A DNA stretch of 64,000 bases from Anthoceros angustus (Eukaryota; Plantae; Anthocerotophyta): contig VJWM01000108.1 in assembly GCA_010909165.1 (NCBI GenBank), forward strand, positions 62,001 through 126,000. The letters are read 5' to 3'. Position 1 is the stretch's first letter. Each line of letters opens with the position of its first letter. A program made the position numbers and the translations under genes. Below are positions 51,414 through 63,255 of this stretch, in pieces. A model generated the notes under the pieces. That model was not told where the DNA came from. It did no database searches and was given only the letters and a program-made list of their open reading frames with translations.

Positions 51414-52295
51414 ATGATGGGGTCCAGGTACCGTTCTCATAGGCTTCGCAAAGAGGAGGAAGAGGTTGAAATTTTGGAACACAGCATTGGCAACCGGAGG
51501 AAGTGTCATCATTGTGGGAACTTCACCCGAGCTCCTCGCTGTCCGCAATTTGAAGACAACGAACTTGCTGAAAAGTGGACTCAGCAGTTCTCGCATAAAT
51601 ATTTGCCTGAGAAGCCCATGGTGCCCTCTGGATATGAAGAACTTTCTAAATTTTTGCTGTATGTGGAATCTCACCACATGAGGTGTTCGCTAGAGTATTA
51701 TCCCACAGATCATCGGGACTTGTTTGAGCTGCAGCGAAGAGGGCACAAGAATCTTCCATGGGTATGGACATCTTACTGCGGAGGTGCATATCGCAAGATA
51801 GAAAATCATCTGTTCATGCACCAAGTATTTGATGACTATCCTATGTCAACTCTGGTGATTTGGGGGCCTGATGAGTTTCCTAAGGACATGAAGTCCCTTA
51901 GAATGTGGTTCGCCCATTTTCATGCGACCAAAGCAGGCAGATATGTGTTTGGTTGGCCTCGACATTTCTATGAGTTGCTGCAACTTCTGCGACATGGCAA
52001 TTTAGGATGGACTGATAAGACCATGCAGCACTTTGCCACGCTTCAACAAGCGAGCCATGATCATATGCATCTAACCACTTCTCAACCTATGGTGCACGTC
52101 AGCCAGGAAGTTTCAGATTCTGAAAGTGGTGATGACAACAGTGCCAGTTTTCGTTCTGCATGCTCGTTACTTGGACAGATCAAAGAGGAACCACACTCTG
52201 AAGATAAGGAAAGTGACGCGTATCAAAATCGGATCAACATGGATTGCAGATCCGTGTTGGGAATCTTTTATCGTCGTTGGATGGGCAATTGGTGA
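51414..52295 (+). CDS. Intact 293-aa orphan ORF inside the PHD element
   Basis: Uninterrupted frame (ORF track 51363-52295, first ATG at 51414) with CHHCGNFTRAPRC near the N-terminus and an acidic Ser-rich tail. No family recognised. Confidence 0.55.
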   Translation: MMGSRYRSHRLRKEEEEVEILEHSIGNRRKCHHCGNFTRAPRCPQFEDNELAEKWTQQFSHKYLPEKPMVPSGYEELSKFLLYVESHHMRCSLEYYPTDHRDLFELQRRGHKNLPWVWTSYCGGAYRKIENHLFMHQVFDDYPMSTLVIWGPDEFPKDMKSLRMWFAHFHATKAGRYVFGWPRHFYELLQLLRHGNLGWTDKTMQHFATLQQASHDHMHLTTSQPMVHVSQEVSDSESGDDNSASFRSACSLLGQIKEEPHSEDKESDAYQNRINMDCRSVLGIFYRRWMGNW

Positions 52296-53099
52296 CTTGT
52301 TTTGCTAATATGCTGATAGATAGTGCCCAAAGTGGTACTTGTGATCTAGGGCCCCAACTTTGAGAAGGGGGGCCATTTGCGGCTCTTATTTTATGCCATA
52401 GAAATAGGTAAATAGAATGAAAAGCATGATAGTGCGTGGTTCATGGTAGAATTGCTTTGTTTCGTTAGAGAAGTGAATAGCTATGCGGCTATGGCGCGAC
52501 AGCTGTCGTGGCACGAACAGGATGGAAGCATGTGACTTAGGATAATGTAATGTGCATGTTGTTGGGCATAACCGTATGACAATCGTATGGTAGCTGCATA
52601 GTACGAGTATTGTAAGGAAAGGCCCGTGTAAGCCGTATGTGTATAAACGGCGTGTGACAGAAAGTCAACAGAGGACAAGAGCATTAAGGTGACTAAGACT
52701 GGCCACGCGATCTCCTCGTGGATAGCAAAGACATTTATGGTATAGAGGTGGATGGCTCATAAAAAGGAAGGCGCAATCCGAAGGAGATGGATTGCTGATG
52801 TTTACCGTAGGAAGCACCGAGAGAGGTGGATGTGCGTAGACATACAAATCCTATAAGCAACAGAGCCCAGTCAGTGTGTGTGTGCGAGTGAATGAAATCA
52901 AGATTTTTGCCATTTGGTCTCTTATTTTATGCCATAGAAATAGGTAAATGGAATGAAAAGCATGATAGTGCTTGGTTCGTGGTAGAATTGCTTTGTTTCG
53001 TTAGAGAAGTGAGCAACTATGCGGCTATGGCACGACAAGCCCATTTTAGAAAGAGCTAAGATAACACCAAGTGGAGCATCTGATATATGCTTCAACTAT

Positions 53100-53627
53100 T
53101 TGAAAATCTCTGATGTGAACGAAGGAATGGATTCCCCACATCTTCTCTTTAGGGTTATATGTTGAAGAGTTGATGCTTCACCAGACCTGAACAATGAGAT
53201 GGACCCGTACAATTGAGAAACCAGACAGTCTACAAGCAAACGCGCTCCACTGTTGTGGAAGCGAGACTATATGAAAACTTAGCGGGCTGTAGAGCTGGAG
53301 GAAAAGGGTTCATGTCAAGAAGGGTTCAAGATTGATGTATCGACTACAGATCAGTCAAATGCAGCTGCGGCTATATATCTTCTACTAGAACAAGTGGCAC
53401 TCATCACCTATGAAAAAGTCGATCTTAGTCCTCCACTTGTTACAACAAATTCTCCATAACTCCACTGAATGACCGATTGTGCCGTTTGCAAACGAGGACT
53501 CAAGATAGGCTTGGTTGTTAGTTGCGATTGGTAAACATATCTGTAATATGCAAATGTGTAGAAGCCTGGAGGCATACATTGTCAGACAAAGGATTGCTTT
53601 ATGTAGTGTTGGGCCAACGATGTACAC
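53100..53627 (-). pseudogene. Possible SF2 (RecQ-like) helicase fragment
   Basis: KIDFFIGDECHLF resembles the DExH motif II. The downstream sequence is broken by stops. Confidence 0.3.
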
Positions 53628-53649
53628 TCAAATGAACTGCAATCGCCGT

Positions 53650-54510
53650 GTGTTGTGTTCTTAGACGAGCCGACAGCCCTAGAGGTACCTCTAGAGTGTT
53701 GGCCAAGGACTTTGATAAATTTATCAAACCCTTCGCCATAGCCTATCATGTTCGCAGGCAAGGTGCGAGGCTGTCTCTTTCATGCATCACCACTTTTTTT
53801 CGGCATCGTGTGTCCATTGTCCTTCAAAGAGCACTCGCAATGACAATCTCTCGGAAGACAACAATAACAGGTTATACATCCTCCTCTACTTCAATAGTAT
53901 GCCTACAGGCCTTTCTATCTTCCTCTATATCACATTGTCAATGCAATAGGTGACTTAAGATATGGAGCTTAGTTGCTCCATCTTATTGCCATCCTTGAGA
54001 TTTTCCTATGATGTCCTCCGCTGGATGAGCTCTCCCCTGGTCCAAAAATGGGGGAGAAGTAATGATTTTTCAGTGGGAACGACTCGAATTGAGTCGTTCC
54101 GTCATGGTGGGGTTAAACATATATGCCAACCTGCTCTCTCCATGGGCAAGGACTTCTCTAGGTTCCTTAAGCCCTGTGCCGGGCGTACCACAGTCGCAAG
54201 AATGCGGTTGGCCTCCCTCTTTTTTGTATTATGGCTTTCTTCAGACAACAGATGTCTATCGCCCTGCAAAGGGCATTGGCTGACACCGTATATAGGATGA
54301 CGTCAAGTACAAGGGAGGCTGCATCTTCGACACCATTGGTAGGTAGGCCCTTTCCTATCGTTGAATATGACATTCTTGACGCGGTATGTAGTTACAAGAT
54401 CAGCGACAACCGGGGTTAGTCCCCCATGGTCAGGTGCCCTCTTAAGGGTTGTTCCTCCTTGTCACGTGGTAGATGGATTTTCCTCATCTTCTTTTTTATA
54501 ATAAAGTCTT
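53650..54510 (+). mobile_element. Two adjacent CRE-like 3' fragments (~53650-53950 and ~54060-54510)
   Basis: AKDFDKFIKPFA...FFRHRVSIVLQRALAMTI, and MGKDFSRFLKPCA...FFRQQMSIALQRALADTVYRM. 3'UTR GGTTGTTCC...TAGATGG...AATAAA. Confidence 0.65.
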
Positions 54511-54559
54511 CATCCCATCACTCTCTCCATGTACCTCCCAAGGAGTATGACATAAGGGG

Positions 54560-55003
54560 CAGGGTGTCATTTTGACCGAGTACTATCTCAGTCCCCGGGA
54601 CCGCCTAGCCTGGCTACGCTTGGTCTCGGACCGAGGAGGGACCGTGCTTTTTTGCGACCCTTGGTCACTAAATATAATAAATATTAAATAAATCATTTAT
54701 AAATAATAATATAAAAGACTGTAGACTGCGGAGTCCGTAGACTGCAGCCCAGCCGGCAGACTGCAGACTGCGTCCATGATAAGATGGCTCCATGTGTCCA
54801 TAATAAATATAAATCTTCGAATATAAAATTAAATAATTTACTAATTTTAAACCGGACCTTTTATGAACTCTCAGTCCCCGAGGGTAATAGGGGACCGAGG
54901 GTGGGGACCGGACTCCTGGAGAACCTCCGGTCCCATGTTTTTTTAACACATGCCGGGACCGGGACCGGGACCGAGCTTGGGACGGGGTCAAAATGACACG
55001 CGG
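54560..55003. mobile_element. hAT-type MITE, 444 bp
   Basis: Perfect 14-bp inverted repeat GTGTCATTTTGACC (54564-54577 / 54986-54999) within CAGGG.../...CGCGG ends. 8-bp flanks are ATAAGGGG / ATAAGGGC (7/8 TSD). Internal GGGACC and AGACTGC motifs recur. Confidence 0.75.
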
Positions 55004-56223
55004 ATAAGGGCCCGTTGAAGGGCAAATAAAAATCCGTTGACGAAAAGCCCCCCGAAGATAGTATTGTTGTGGTTAAGAATGTGTGTCCACATGGCTGCAT
55101 ACGGTACCCTCTTCACATATTATTTGATGCACATACCACAAACCGGTACCGGTACGGACAGAGGATATATGTGGCCTCACCCGAAGGTTTTATGTAAATG
55201 GGAAAACCGGAGATCCTGCCTCTTTTATGGTCTCTTCGTACCACCTGCGAGGCAGCATGGTGTCCATTTCACCCAGGGACATGTGAAAGCATTTTTGTGT
55301 CCATTCCATCCTTCATCACACACGCTTTATAGGTGGTGTCCCGCATTCCAACTCCGATTTCTCGCTTTCAAATCACGAGCGTAGGGAAATTGGCCACATG
55401 CGCTGGATCAGCAGCCCGATGCACAGAACGCAGCTGGAGGATGGAAGGGAGTCCTTGGGACATCCACACCCCGGATTACCCAATATTTCCTCAGCATCAT
55501 CTTTCCGTCATCTGCAAAAGCACCAAGTTGATATTCCATTTCGACCTGGACAAAATGGAATAGAAGAAGAAGTTACCAGAACTATGTCCTTCAAGGACAT
55601 CCATGCCCCAAGAGGATCTAACGACGGACGGCAGGCGGCACTTCATTGACAGCAGATAAACTATGAGAATGGCGGCTGGGAGGTGTTGAAGGAGGACCCG
55701 GGGTCCTGGCTACTGTCCAGGCTGCTGAGACGAATCCAGCAGAGATGTTTCGTGAAAGCTGGGAGGAAGCTTCCATGTGTGCACCGTGGATCGATGACAT
55801 GTCGTAGTCGAAGCGTGGGACCTGTGGGTGGCTTACCCTCATTCGCTCTTTCATATTAAAAATCTACACAGTTAGTGCGGAAAAGTGGATCAAAAGCTGG
55901 CCTGCTATTTTCAAGCGTGACACCGAAGCATCTTGTGACGACCGAGTTAGTCGAATTGAAGCTTACACATCACTATCATCATCGCGGAATATGGTTTATC
56001 CGTTTAGTTTTAAAATTATTATCATATGGCGACGAGTGACAGAATATGAATCTCAATGCTCCGCCTGAGAAAGAAGACGTGACCTTAGTGGACGTCGCGA
56101 AGCACGAAGACGACGTCGTTGTAATGAGGAGAGAAGGTCGCAGAGCATAAATCGAGGTTCCGGCTGCGAGGAGCAGGCAGAAGCGTCTGCTGAGGCCAGG
56201 AGAGGCGTCATTGCCAGGCGAAG

Positions 56224-59200
56224 ATGGCACGGCCCCTGCTGTTCGCGCTCAATGGCGAGCGAGTGGAAGTGGCTCAGCCCGATCCCTCCATGACGCTGCT
56301 CTCCTACATTCGCACGTTCACACCGTTCAAAGGCACCAAGCTGGGATGCGGGGAAGGTGTGTGCAGAGCCGAAGGGTAGACCTGTCGACTGATTCTCGTC
56401 TGTATGGATAGGAGGGCTCTGCTTCTTGATTAGCGCAAGGCCATTGCAATTGTGTTTTCAGTGTTGGGTCCAGTGGAATGTCTGTCCTGGGATGTGTTTT
56501 GTGGGCGACGGAATGTGGCTGTGGGTGATGGGATTTGTTTGTGGGTGCAGGCGGATGCGGAGCCTGCGTGGTGCTGCTGGCGCGCTACGATGCTTCCAGC
56601 AGGCGGGTGGAGGAGTCCACCATCAATTCCTGCCTGGCCCCGCTCTGTTCTCTGGACCTGTGCTCCATCACCACCACCGAAGGCCTCGGGAACTCCCGGG
56701 ACGGGCTGCACGCCATCCACCAGCGGCTGGCGGGCTTCCACGCCTCCCAGTGCGGGTTCTGCACTCCGGGGATGACCATGTCAGTGTTTGGATGCCTGCG
56801 CCAGGCCGGTCCCGAAGGGCCCGAGGTCGCCAAAGCGGAGCTGGCGGTGCAGGGGAACATCTGCAGGTGCACGGGCTACCGCCCAATTCTGGACGTTTGC
56901 AAGAGCTTTGCGAAGGACGTGGACGTGGAGGATTTGGGTGTGAACACCTTCTGCCGGCCAGGGGAGGCTCTGCGTGGTAGTGCTCTGCCGGTGTACGATG
57001 CGGGGAAGGATCCGAAGTTCCCTCGGTTTCTGGTGGAGGTGGCGCATGCGGAGAGGGAGTGGGACGGGGCTCGCTTCTTGGACTCGGGCGTGGTGGAGGT
57101 GGAGAAGGCCTGGATACGTGTGAAGGAGTTGCGGGAGCTGTTCGGCAGGTTGAAGGAGAGTGAGGGGAGTGATCGGGAGGTGAGGCTGGTGGTGGGGAAT
57201 ACCAGCCAGGGGATTTACAAGGATGCCAGGCCGCAGGTGTTCATCGACATCAGTGGTGTGCCGGAGCTGCTGACGCTGAAGGCGGGGAAGGGGGAGGTGG
57301 AGGTCGGAGCTGCCGTCTCCCTCTCCAAGTTCATCCGCTTCTTGGAGGAGAGCGCGCACTCGGAGGTCTATGCCCAGCTGGCCGTGCATTTGCACAAGCT
57401 GGCCAGCGTGCATGTACGGAACCGGGCTAGCGTGGGGGGCAATTTGATCATGGCCCAGCAGCTGGGATTCGATTCTGATCTGGCCACCATTTTGCTTGGA
57501 GCCGGTGCGAGCTTGAGGATTGCCAGCTCCGGTGGCGAGGATGTTGTGGGTGTGGAGGAATTCTTGGAGAGGGGGGCTCTGGAAAAGGGGAGCGTGTTGG
57601 TGTCCGTGCTGATCCCTTCATGGAATTTGGAGGACAGTAATGGGGTTCCCGGCCACGCGTCCAATGGGGCTGGCGATGGCGCCGCTTCCAAGGCGGAGCG
57701 GGTGGTGTTCAAGACCTACAGAGCATCGCCTCGGGCTCTGGGGAACGCTGTCTCCTATGTGAACGCGGCTTTTCTGGCTCGCATTGAGGAGCGAGAGGGG
57801 AAGCACGTGGTGCGGGATGTGCGTCTGGCGTTCGGGGCGTTCGGAAGCAAGCACGCCGTTCTTGCCCGGGAAGTGCAGGAGTTCCTTTCGGGAAAGGAAA
57901 TTTCCGCGCAGGTGCTGTTGGAGGCAATTGCGTTGCTCAAGGCTTCGGTTGTTCCCGCCAAGGGCACCCATAAGGCAGCGTATCGCGCCAGCGTTGTGGT
58001 CGGCTACTTCTTCGATTTCTTCAGGCCGTTTCTAGGGCCGGCAGAGTTGCCTGAAAGTGTGCACGAGAATGGCGGGATTTCTGATGCTAATGGGAATGAG
58101 CATGTGGCCGATGGTAATGGGCATGTGGCTGATGGTAATGGGCCTGTGGCCAATGGACATGGCCAGATTAGGAACGGGAAAGGTGCCAAATCCAAGACAC
58201 TCACTAGGGGGAAGCAGCAGCTTACAGAGTCTGACGAGTTTTTCCCAGTCGGACGTGCTGCTCCCAAGATGGTGGCAGAGTTGCAGGCATCAGGTATGGA
58301 TGGGGGATGGTGTTCTCTGACAATGGATCGTTTGGGCTTTTTGATCAGTGCAGGTGTTCCGTGTGAATCGTAGTTGATTTGGCTTTGGTACTTGGGAATT
58401 TTGCAGGAGAAGCTGTGTATGTTGATGACATACCCTCTCCGGAGGGTTGCCTTTATGCTGCCTTTGTCGTCAGTGAGCATGCACTGGCTGAGGTGAAGGG
58501 CATCGATGCTTCTCAGGCACTGGCCTCCCCTGGGGCCGTGGCACTGGTGACTGCTGATGACATTCCGGAAGGTGGGGTGAATAGGGGGGTGAGCGTTTTG
58601 GGAATGACAGAAGTTCTTTTTGCAGCGGACAAAGTGGAATTCCATGGTCAGCCTGTGGCACTACTGGTGGGTGTCGTGGTTTGAGCTCCTCATGAACTTG
58701 CATTTTCCTGGCATGACTCTCAGTCTGATCTTGTTTGTCTATGGCAGGTGGCTGATAGCTACCGGCATGCAAGTGACGCGGCTGGGAAGGTTAAAGTGGT
58801 GTATGACACTGAGAAACTTGGACCCCCGATTTTGACAGCCGAGGATGCGGTTGCGAAGAGTTCTTTCCTTCCGATTCCTCCTTTTTTGGCTCATGGCACC
58901 GCTCCTGTTGGGAACTCGCAACAGGCGCTGGCTGAGGCCGAGCTGAAGATTGAGAATGGAGAGGTTGCTGCTCGTGCAGTTTCTTTGCAGAGTTCTCTAG
59001 CCTTATTCTCCTGTCTGAGCTTGATTTACCCGGATGAGTGGAACTGCAGGTCTCTTGTGGTTCCCAGTACCATTTCTACATGGAGACAAACACAGCACTT
59101 GCGGTTCCTGATGAGGATGGGCAGATTGTGGTGTACAGTGCGTGCCAAGGTACTGAATTTGTGCAGCAAGTTGTCGCGGAGTGTTTGGGAATCCCGATGC

Positions 59201-61352
59201 ACAATGTTCGCGCAATCACTCGACGTATTGGTGGTGGATTCGGAGGGAAGTTAACCAAGGCTTGCATAGTAAGATTCTTCCCAGGGGAAGCTTCTTTGTT
59301 GACATGAGATGGCATGAATTCGTTGCTTTGCTGACGAGATAGATATGGTTTTGGAGCTGATTGTCATGCATGTGGTGGACAGGTTGCAACGGCTTGTGCA
59401 GTTGCTGCCTGGAAGCTGAAACGACCCGTCCGGATGTTTTTGGACCGGAAGACAGACATGCTCCTTGTTGGAGGCCGGCACCCTATGAAGGCTACCTATT
59501 CCGTAGGATTTACAAAAGAAGGGAAGGTTACGGCTCTTCAAGCAAAAGTGCTTATGGACGGCGGCTGGTCTCCAGATATTAGCATGTTTATACCCACGGG
59601 AGTACATTCATCGCTTAAAAAGTACAACTGGGGAGCGTTTTCTGCTGACTACCAGCTTGTCAGGACTAATCATTCCAGTAAAACCACTGTAAGGAGTCCA
59701 GGCGAGGTACAAGGGGCCTTCATCGGAGAAGTTATCATAGAACATGTTGCAGCGTTTCTAGGACTGAGTGCCCAGGAAGTCAGGGACAAAAATTCGCACA
59801 CGCTGGATTCTGCTTCTGCATTTTGGGGTGCTGACACCGCTGGGGGTTCTGAAGGGTTCACTTTGCCTGAAATGTGGGAGCGACTCAAGACAAAATCTGA
59901 CCTACATGAGCGACAGAAGGAGATCCAGAGCTTCAATAGTCGTAGCAGGTGGTTAAAACGGGGGTTGGCAATGGTGCCAACGACCTATGTTGTCCATGTC
60001 CTTTCAAAGACTGGTCGGGTGACACTATTTTCTGATGGTTCTGTGGTAGTTGAAGCTGGGGGCATCGAAATGGGACAGGGCCTGTACACCAAGGTGAGGC
60101 AGGCAGCCGCGTTCGGACTTGGCCAGTTATGGGACAAGCCGGGTGGAGTGGATATCTCCAAAATTCGCGTAGTTCAATCTGATTCCATCAGCTTTGGTAA
60201 CGGAGGATTCTCAGGAGGAAGCACGACGTCAGAGAGCAACTGTGCAGGAGTCCTTGCAGCATGCAAAATACTTGTGGAGAGGCTGAAGCCCATCAAGCAG
60301 AAAGCAGAAGAAGGGAATCCCGATGGAGTCTCCTGGGAGGCGGTGGTTGGCACCGTAAGTATTTTATCGTCATGATTCTGTTCGTCTCTGTCTTGGATAT
60401 TGTTCTCAGCATGCTGTTCAGTCCTGCATGAAGAGTGGGATCTTGTTCTCATCGTGATGCTTGGTCCTCCATGAAGGGTGTCTAATCGTAGTTGTGTAAC
60501 TGAATGTGGATCTTGCAGGCTAAAATGTTAGGAGTTGATCTTTGTGCACAAACAATTTCATCTGTTGGGCCGGGAGAGTCAGATTACCTTACTGTTGGTG
60601 CTGCTGTCAGCGAGGTGAGCTTTTCTGTTGGCGAGAACATAGTTGATTTTCAGGTCTAAAGTTGCTGACACTTCTTGCAGGTGGAGGTGAATGTGTTAAC
60701 TGGAGAAACTGCCATCCTACGAACAGACCTCATCTATGACGCTGGGAAGAGTTTGAATCCTGCGGTTGACTTAGGACAGGTCAGTTTGTATTCACATTTT
60801 GTTCATCTTCGTTCAGGGCAAGGCCTTGGATATGTCAAGACGTTTGACACACGAAATACGCAGGTTGAAGGTGCATTTGTTCAAGGAGTTGGGTTCTTTT
60901 TGACGGAGGAGATCTTGGTCAATGCCGAAGGTCGTCAACTCAGCGAGGGAACGTGGCTGTACAAGCCGCCAACGATTGACAACATTCCTCGTATTTTCAA
61001 TGTTGAGCTGCTGAATAGTCCTGCTCACAAGTCTAGAATTCTGTCAGGCAAAGGTAAGGTGGTGCTGCCTCTTTTCGCCTTTCTCTTATCAATCGATCTG
61101 TTTGGTGGAAATTGATGAAAAACCTTTTTATGTGAAGCTTCCGGGGAGCCACCATTGCTCTTGGCCGCGTCGGTGCACAGTGCAATCAGGGAAGCTATTG
61201 GTGCCGCGAGAAAGGACTTGAAAGGAGAGAAGGGGTTCTTCAGGCTGGATAGCCCTGCTACTCTGGACAGAGTAAAGATGCAATGTGGATTAGACAACGT
61301 GGAGCAATACTTGGCCTCTCGGGCCAGTCAGGAGAAGATTGTGGTGCATTAG
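56224..61352 (+). CDS. AAO: Plant aldehyde oxidase (molybdo-flavoenzyme); exons 56224-56356, 56551-58293, 58407-58666, 58748-58963, 59050-59268, 59383-60354, 60519-60614, 60681-60779, 60864-61053, 61138-61352
   Basis: [2Fe-2S] motifs GTKLGCGEGGCGAC, QCGFCTPG and GNICRCTGYRPI; FAD domain VRNRASVGGN; LQASGEAVYVDDIP; RRIGGGFGGK; RSPGEVQG rather than the XDH FRGFG; EMGQGLYTKV; ASGEPPLLLA. All nine introns are GT-AG and in frame. Confidence 0.95.
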
Positions 61353-62214
61353 CACAAAGCAGGAGAAGCAGCACTTAAGTATGGTTCCTGGACAGTTGAT
61401 GTCCTGACCGGCATCTGGCCAGGCAGGTCTGGTGAATTAGCACACAGCAGGAAACGCAAGAATTCCGAATAATTCCAGGATAGTACTGTTGTCCCTACTC
61501 CCAGAGGTCTCTTCCATCTGGAGCAAGATCCTCTGAATGGCGTAGCCTGTCTTGTATGTACATGTAGTATAACAGTTTGCAAGTAACTTGCTTGGGAGAT
61601 CCGGAGCACGGGCAAGCTTAGATATTTCAAGCATCGGCCCATCGGGAGGTGTTGCTTGCCCAGCATGGAAACATTGATTGTAAGCTGGGAGATACTTCAC
61701 ATACTATTGAGTGTTATGAGGCGTGACGGCGATGTGTTCGCGGGCGTGCTTGCACGCTTTCGCACAGTTAATTATATGAGATTATCCTCATTTCAGTCCG
61801 GTGATTTTGAGACTTAAAAAAGAGAAAACTTCTATTGAAATTCTCTACAAAGAGGTATAATAATTTAGTATTTATAATATTGATTTATTTTAGATTTAAA
61901 ATATATATTATGTATCACTAAGAATATTATTTATTATGTAAAGATTTTAAATATAATATTTTATATAAAATATATTCATTAATTTTTATATCAAGATATT
62001 ATTTAAATATTATTCATTTTATAATTGATTTATATCATAAAACATGAGGTAGTTAGTTAGCTGATTGGTAACGTAATCAATTAATTAGTTAACACATATG
62101 TAATCAACCTTCATACTTGCTCACTCTAAAAGAGGCTAAGCAACTTATGTACAAGCATAAAAACAATTGCTTTGAGAAATTTAGGAGATTAACCGGCAAT
62201 AAGAACCCAGTGCT

Positions 62215-62292
62215 TGGAAATTCGGGTGCTCATTGGAAGTTCAAGTGCTCTTTGGAAATTCGGGTGCTCATTGGAAGTTCAAGTGCTCTTTG
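62215..62292. repeat. Two tandem copies of a 38-bp unit TTGGAAATTCGGGTGCTCATTGGAAGTTCAAGTGCTCT
   Basis: Read directly. Confidence 0.85.
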
Positions 62293-63156
62293 TTACGGGA
62301 ACCGCTGTCATAAAGAAGCTGTCCTAAATGATTAATGTTGGGACCAACCTCTATTGCAATGCTCACATAAAAATTATGAGAACGTTCATACTTGATCGTT
62401 ACGTTATAAAAAAATTAGTTATTTATAAACATACTTATCTCATTTAAACATATGTATAAAAAGATGCAACTTAAACTAAACGAAACGACATGCCTATTCA
62501 ACTTAAGACATGACCCTAGACCAAGGGGTACACTTATTAACTAGGTAACTGTTGGTATCATTGCATATTGAATGGCTTAAACCCCAAACCCTAATATGAT
62601 TGACACAAACATCTATCTACTTCTTCACATCTTTCCCTGCTCCCCCGATCCTTACAGTTTTTTTTTCTCCTTTGATTCTACATGAATGGCACAAACCCAA
62701 GACGTAGCTTGGGTCTTGAGGGGCTTGACCCTAGTAGTGTGAACAGAGCTAACCCAGAAATTGAGAGGCTTGTTTCTGGTAGTGTACAATATGTGGAAAG
62801 CTTGAGAAGAACTTCTTGCAATTTTGTTTATCAGGATGAATACTAAGTGTTATTTGGAGCAGAGTGTAACGAATGAGATGTAGGAGAAGGAACCGTGGAA
62901 TCTCTAGTGGAGACTAATTCCGGGAAAAGAAGGAAGTCCGCTTTCAATTTCGTCCGTGGATTGGTGCCAATATTGAAGTCTTATCAAAACAGGTACATGA
63001 AGATATTGGAAGACGGAAAGGAGGCAAAGGACAAGAGACACAAAAAAATTTTGCCCCTTGAGAACAAAAAGCTTTATGCTAATATTGACGTAGGCCTTGG
63101 ATACATAGTGCCTTGAAAGGCATTCGAGACAAACATCAAACTCTTAAGATGTGTAG

Positions 63157-63255
63157 TTTTTTATTGAGGTGAAAAAACGATGAGAAGAGCCCATCCAGGA
63201 GGGAACAACCAAAGGGGACCCGGGGGTCGAGGTGGAGAGGAGCAACTGAGCTCCC
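63157..63255 (-). mobile_element. ~100-bp extremely 5'-truncated copy of the CRE-like 3'UTR
   Basis: The reverse complement is near-identical to 28041-28137 (GGGAGCTCAGTTGCTCCTCT..CACCTCAATAAAA). Confidence 0.8.

Larger units (their letters stand above)
49543..53037 (+). mobile_element. Gypsy-integrase-related element with a PHD finger; TGTCGTG...CACGACA termini, 4-bp TSD (AGCC), A1-internal-B1-A2-B2 repeat layout
   Basis: A1 49543-49946 is similar to A2 52504-52900, and B1 52372-52501 to B2 52909-53037. AGCC lies immediately left of 49543 and right of 53037. Internal VVAKCAACDAVKARF (integrase Zn) and an integrase C-terminus + PHD. Confidence 0.75.

Noticed and set aside
46976-55105. Short similarity between ~46980 and ~55080 (TGTGTG..CACATGG.TGCATA)
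   Set aside because: It extends only about 20 bp, which is insufficient to define a repeat family.
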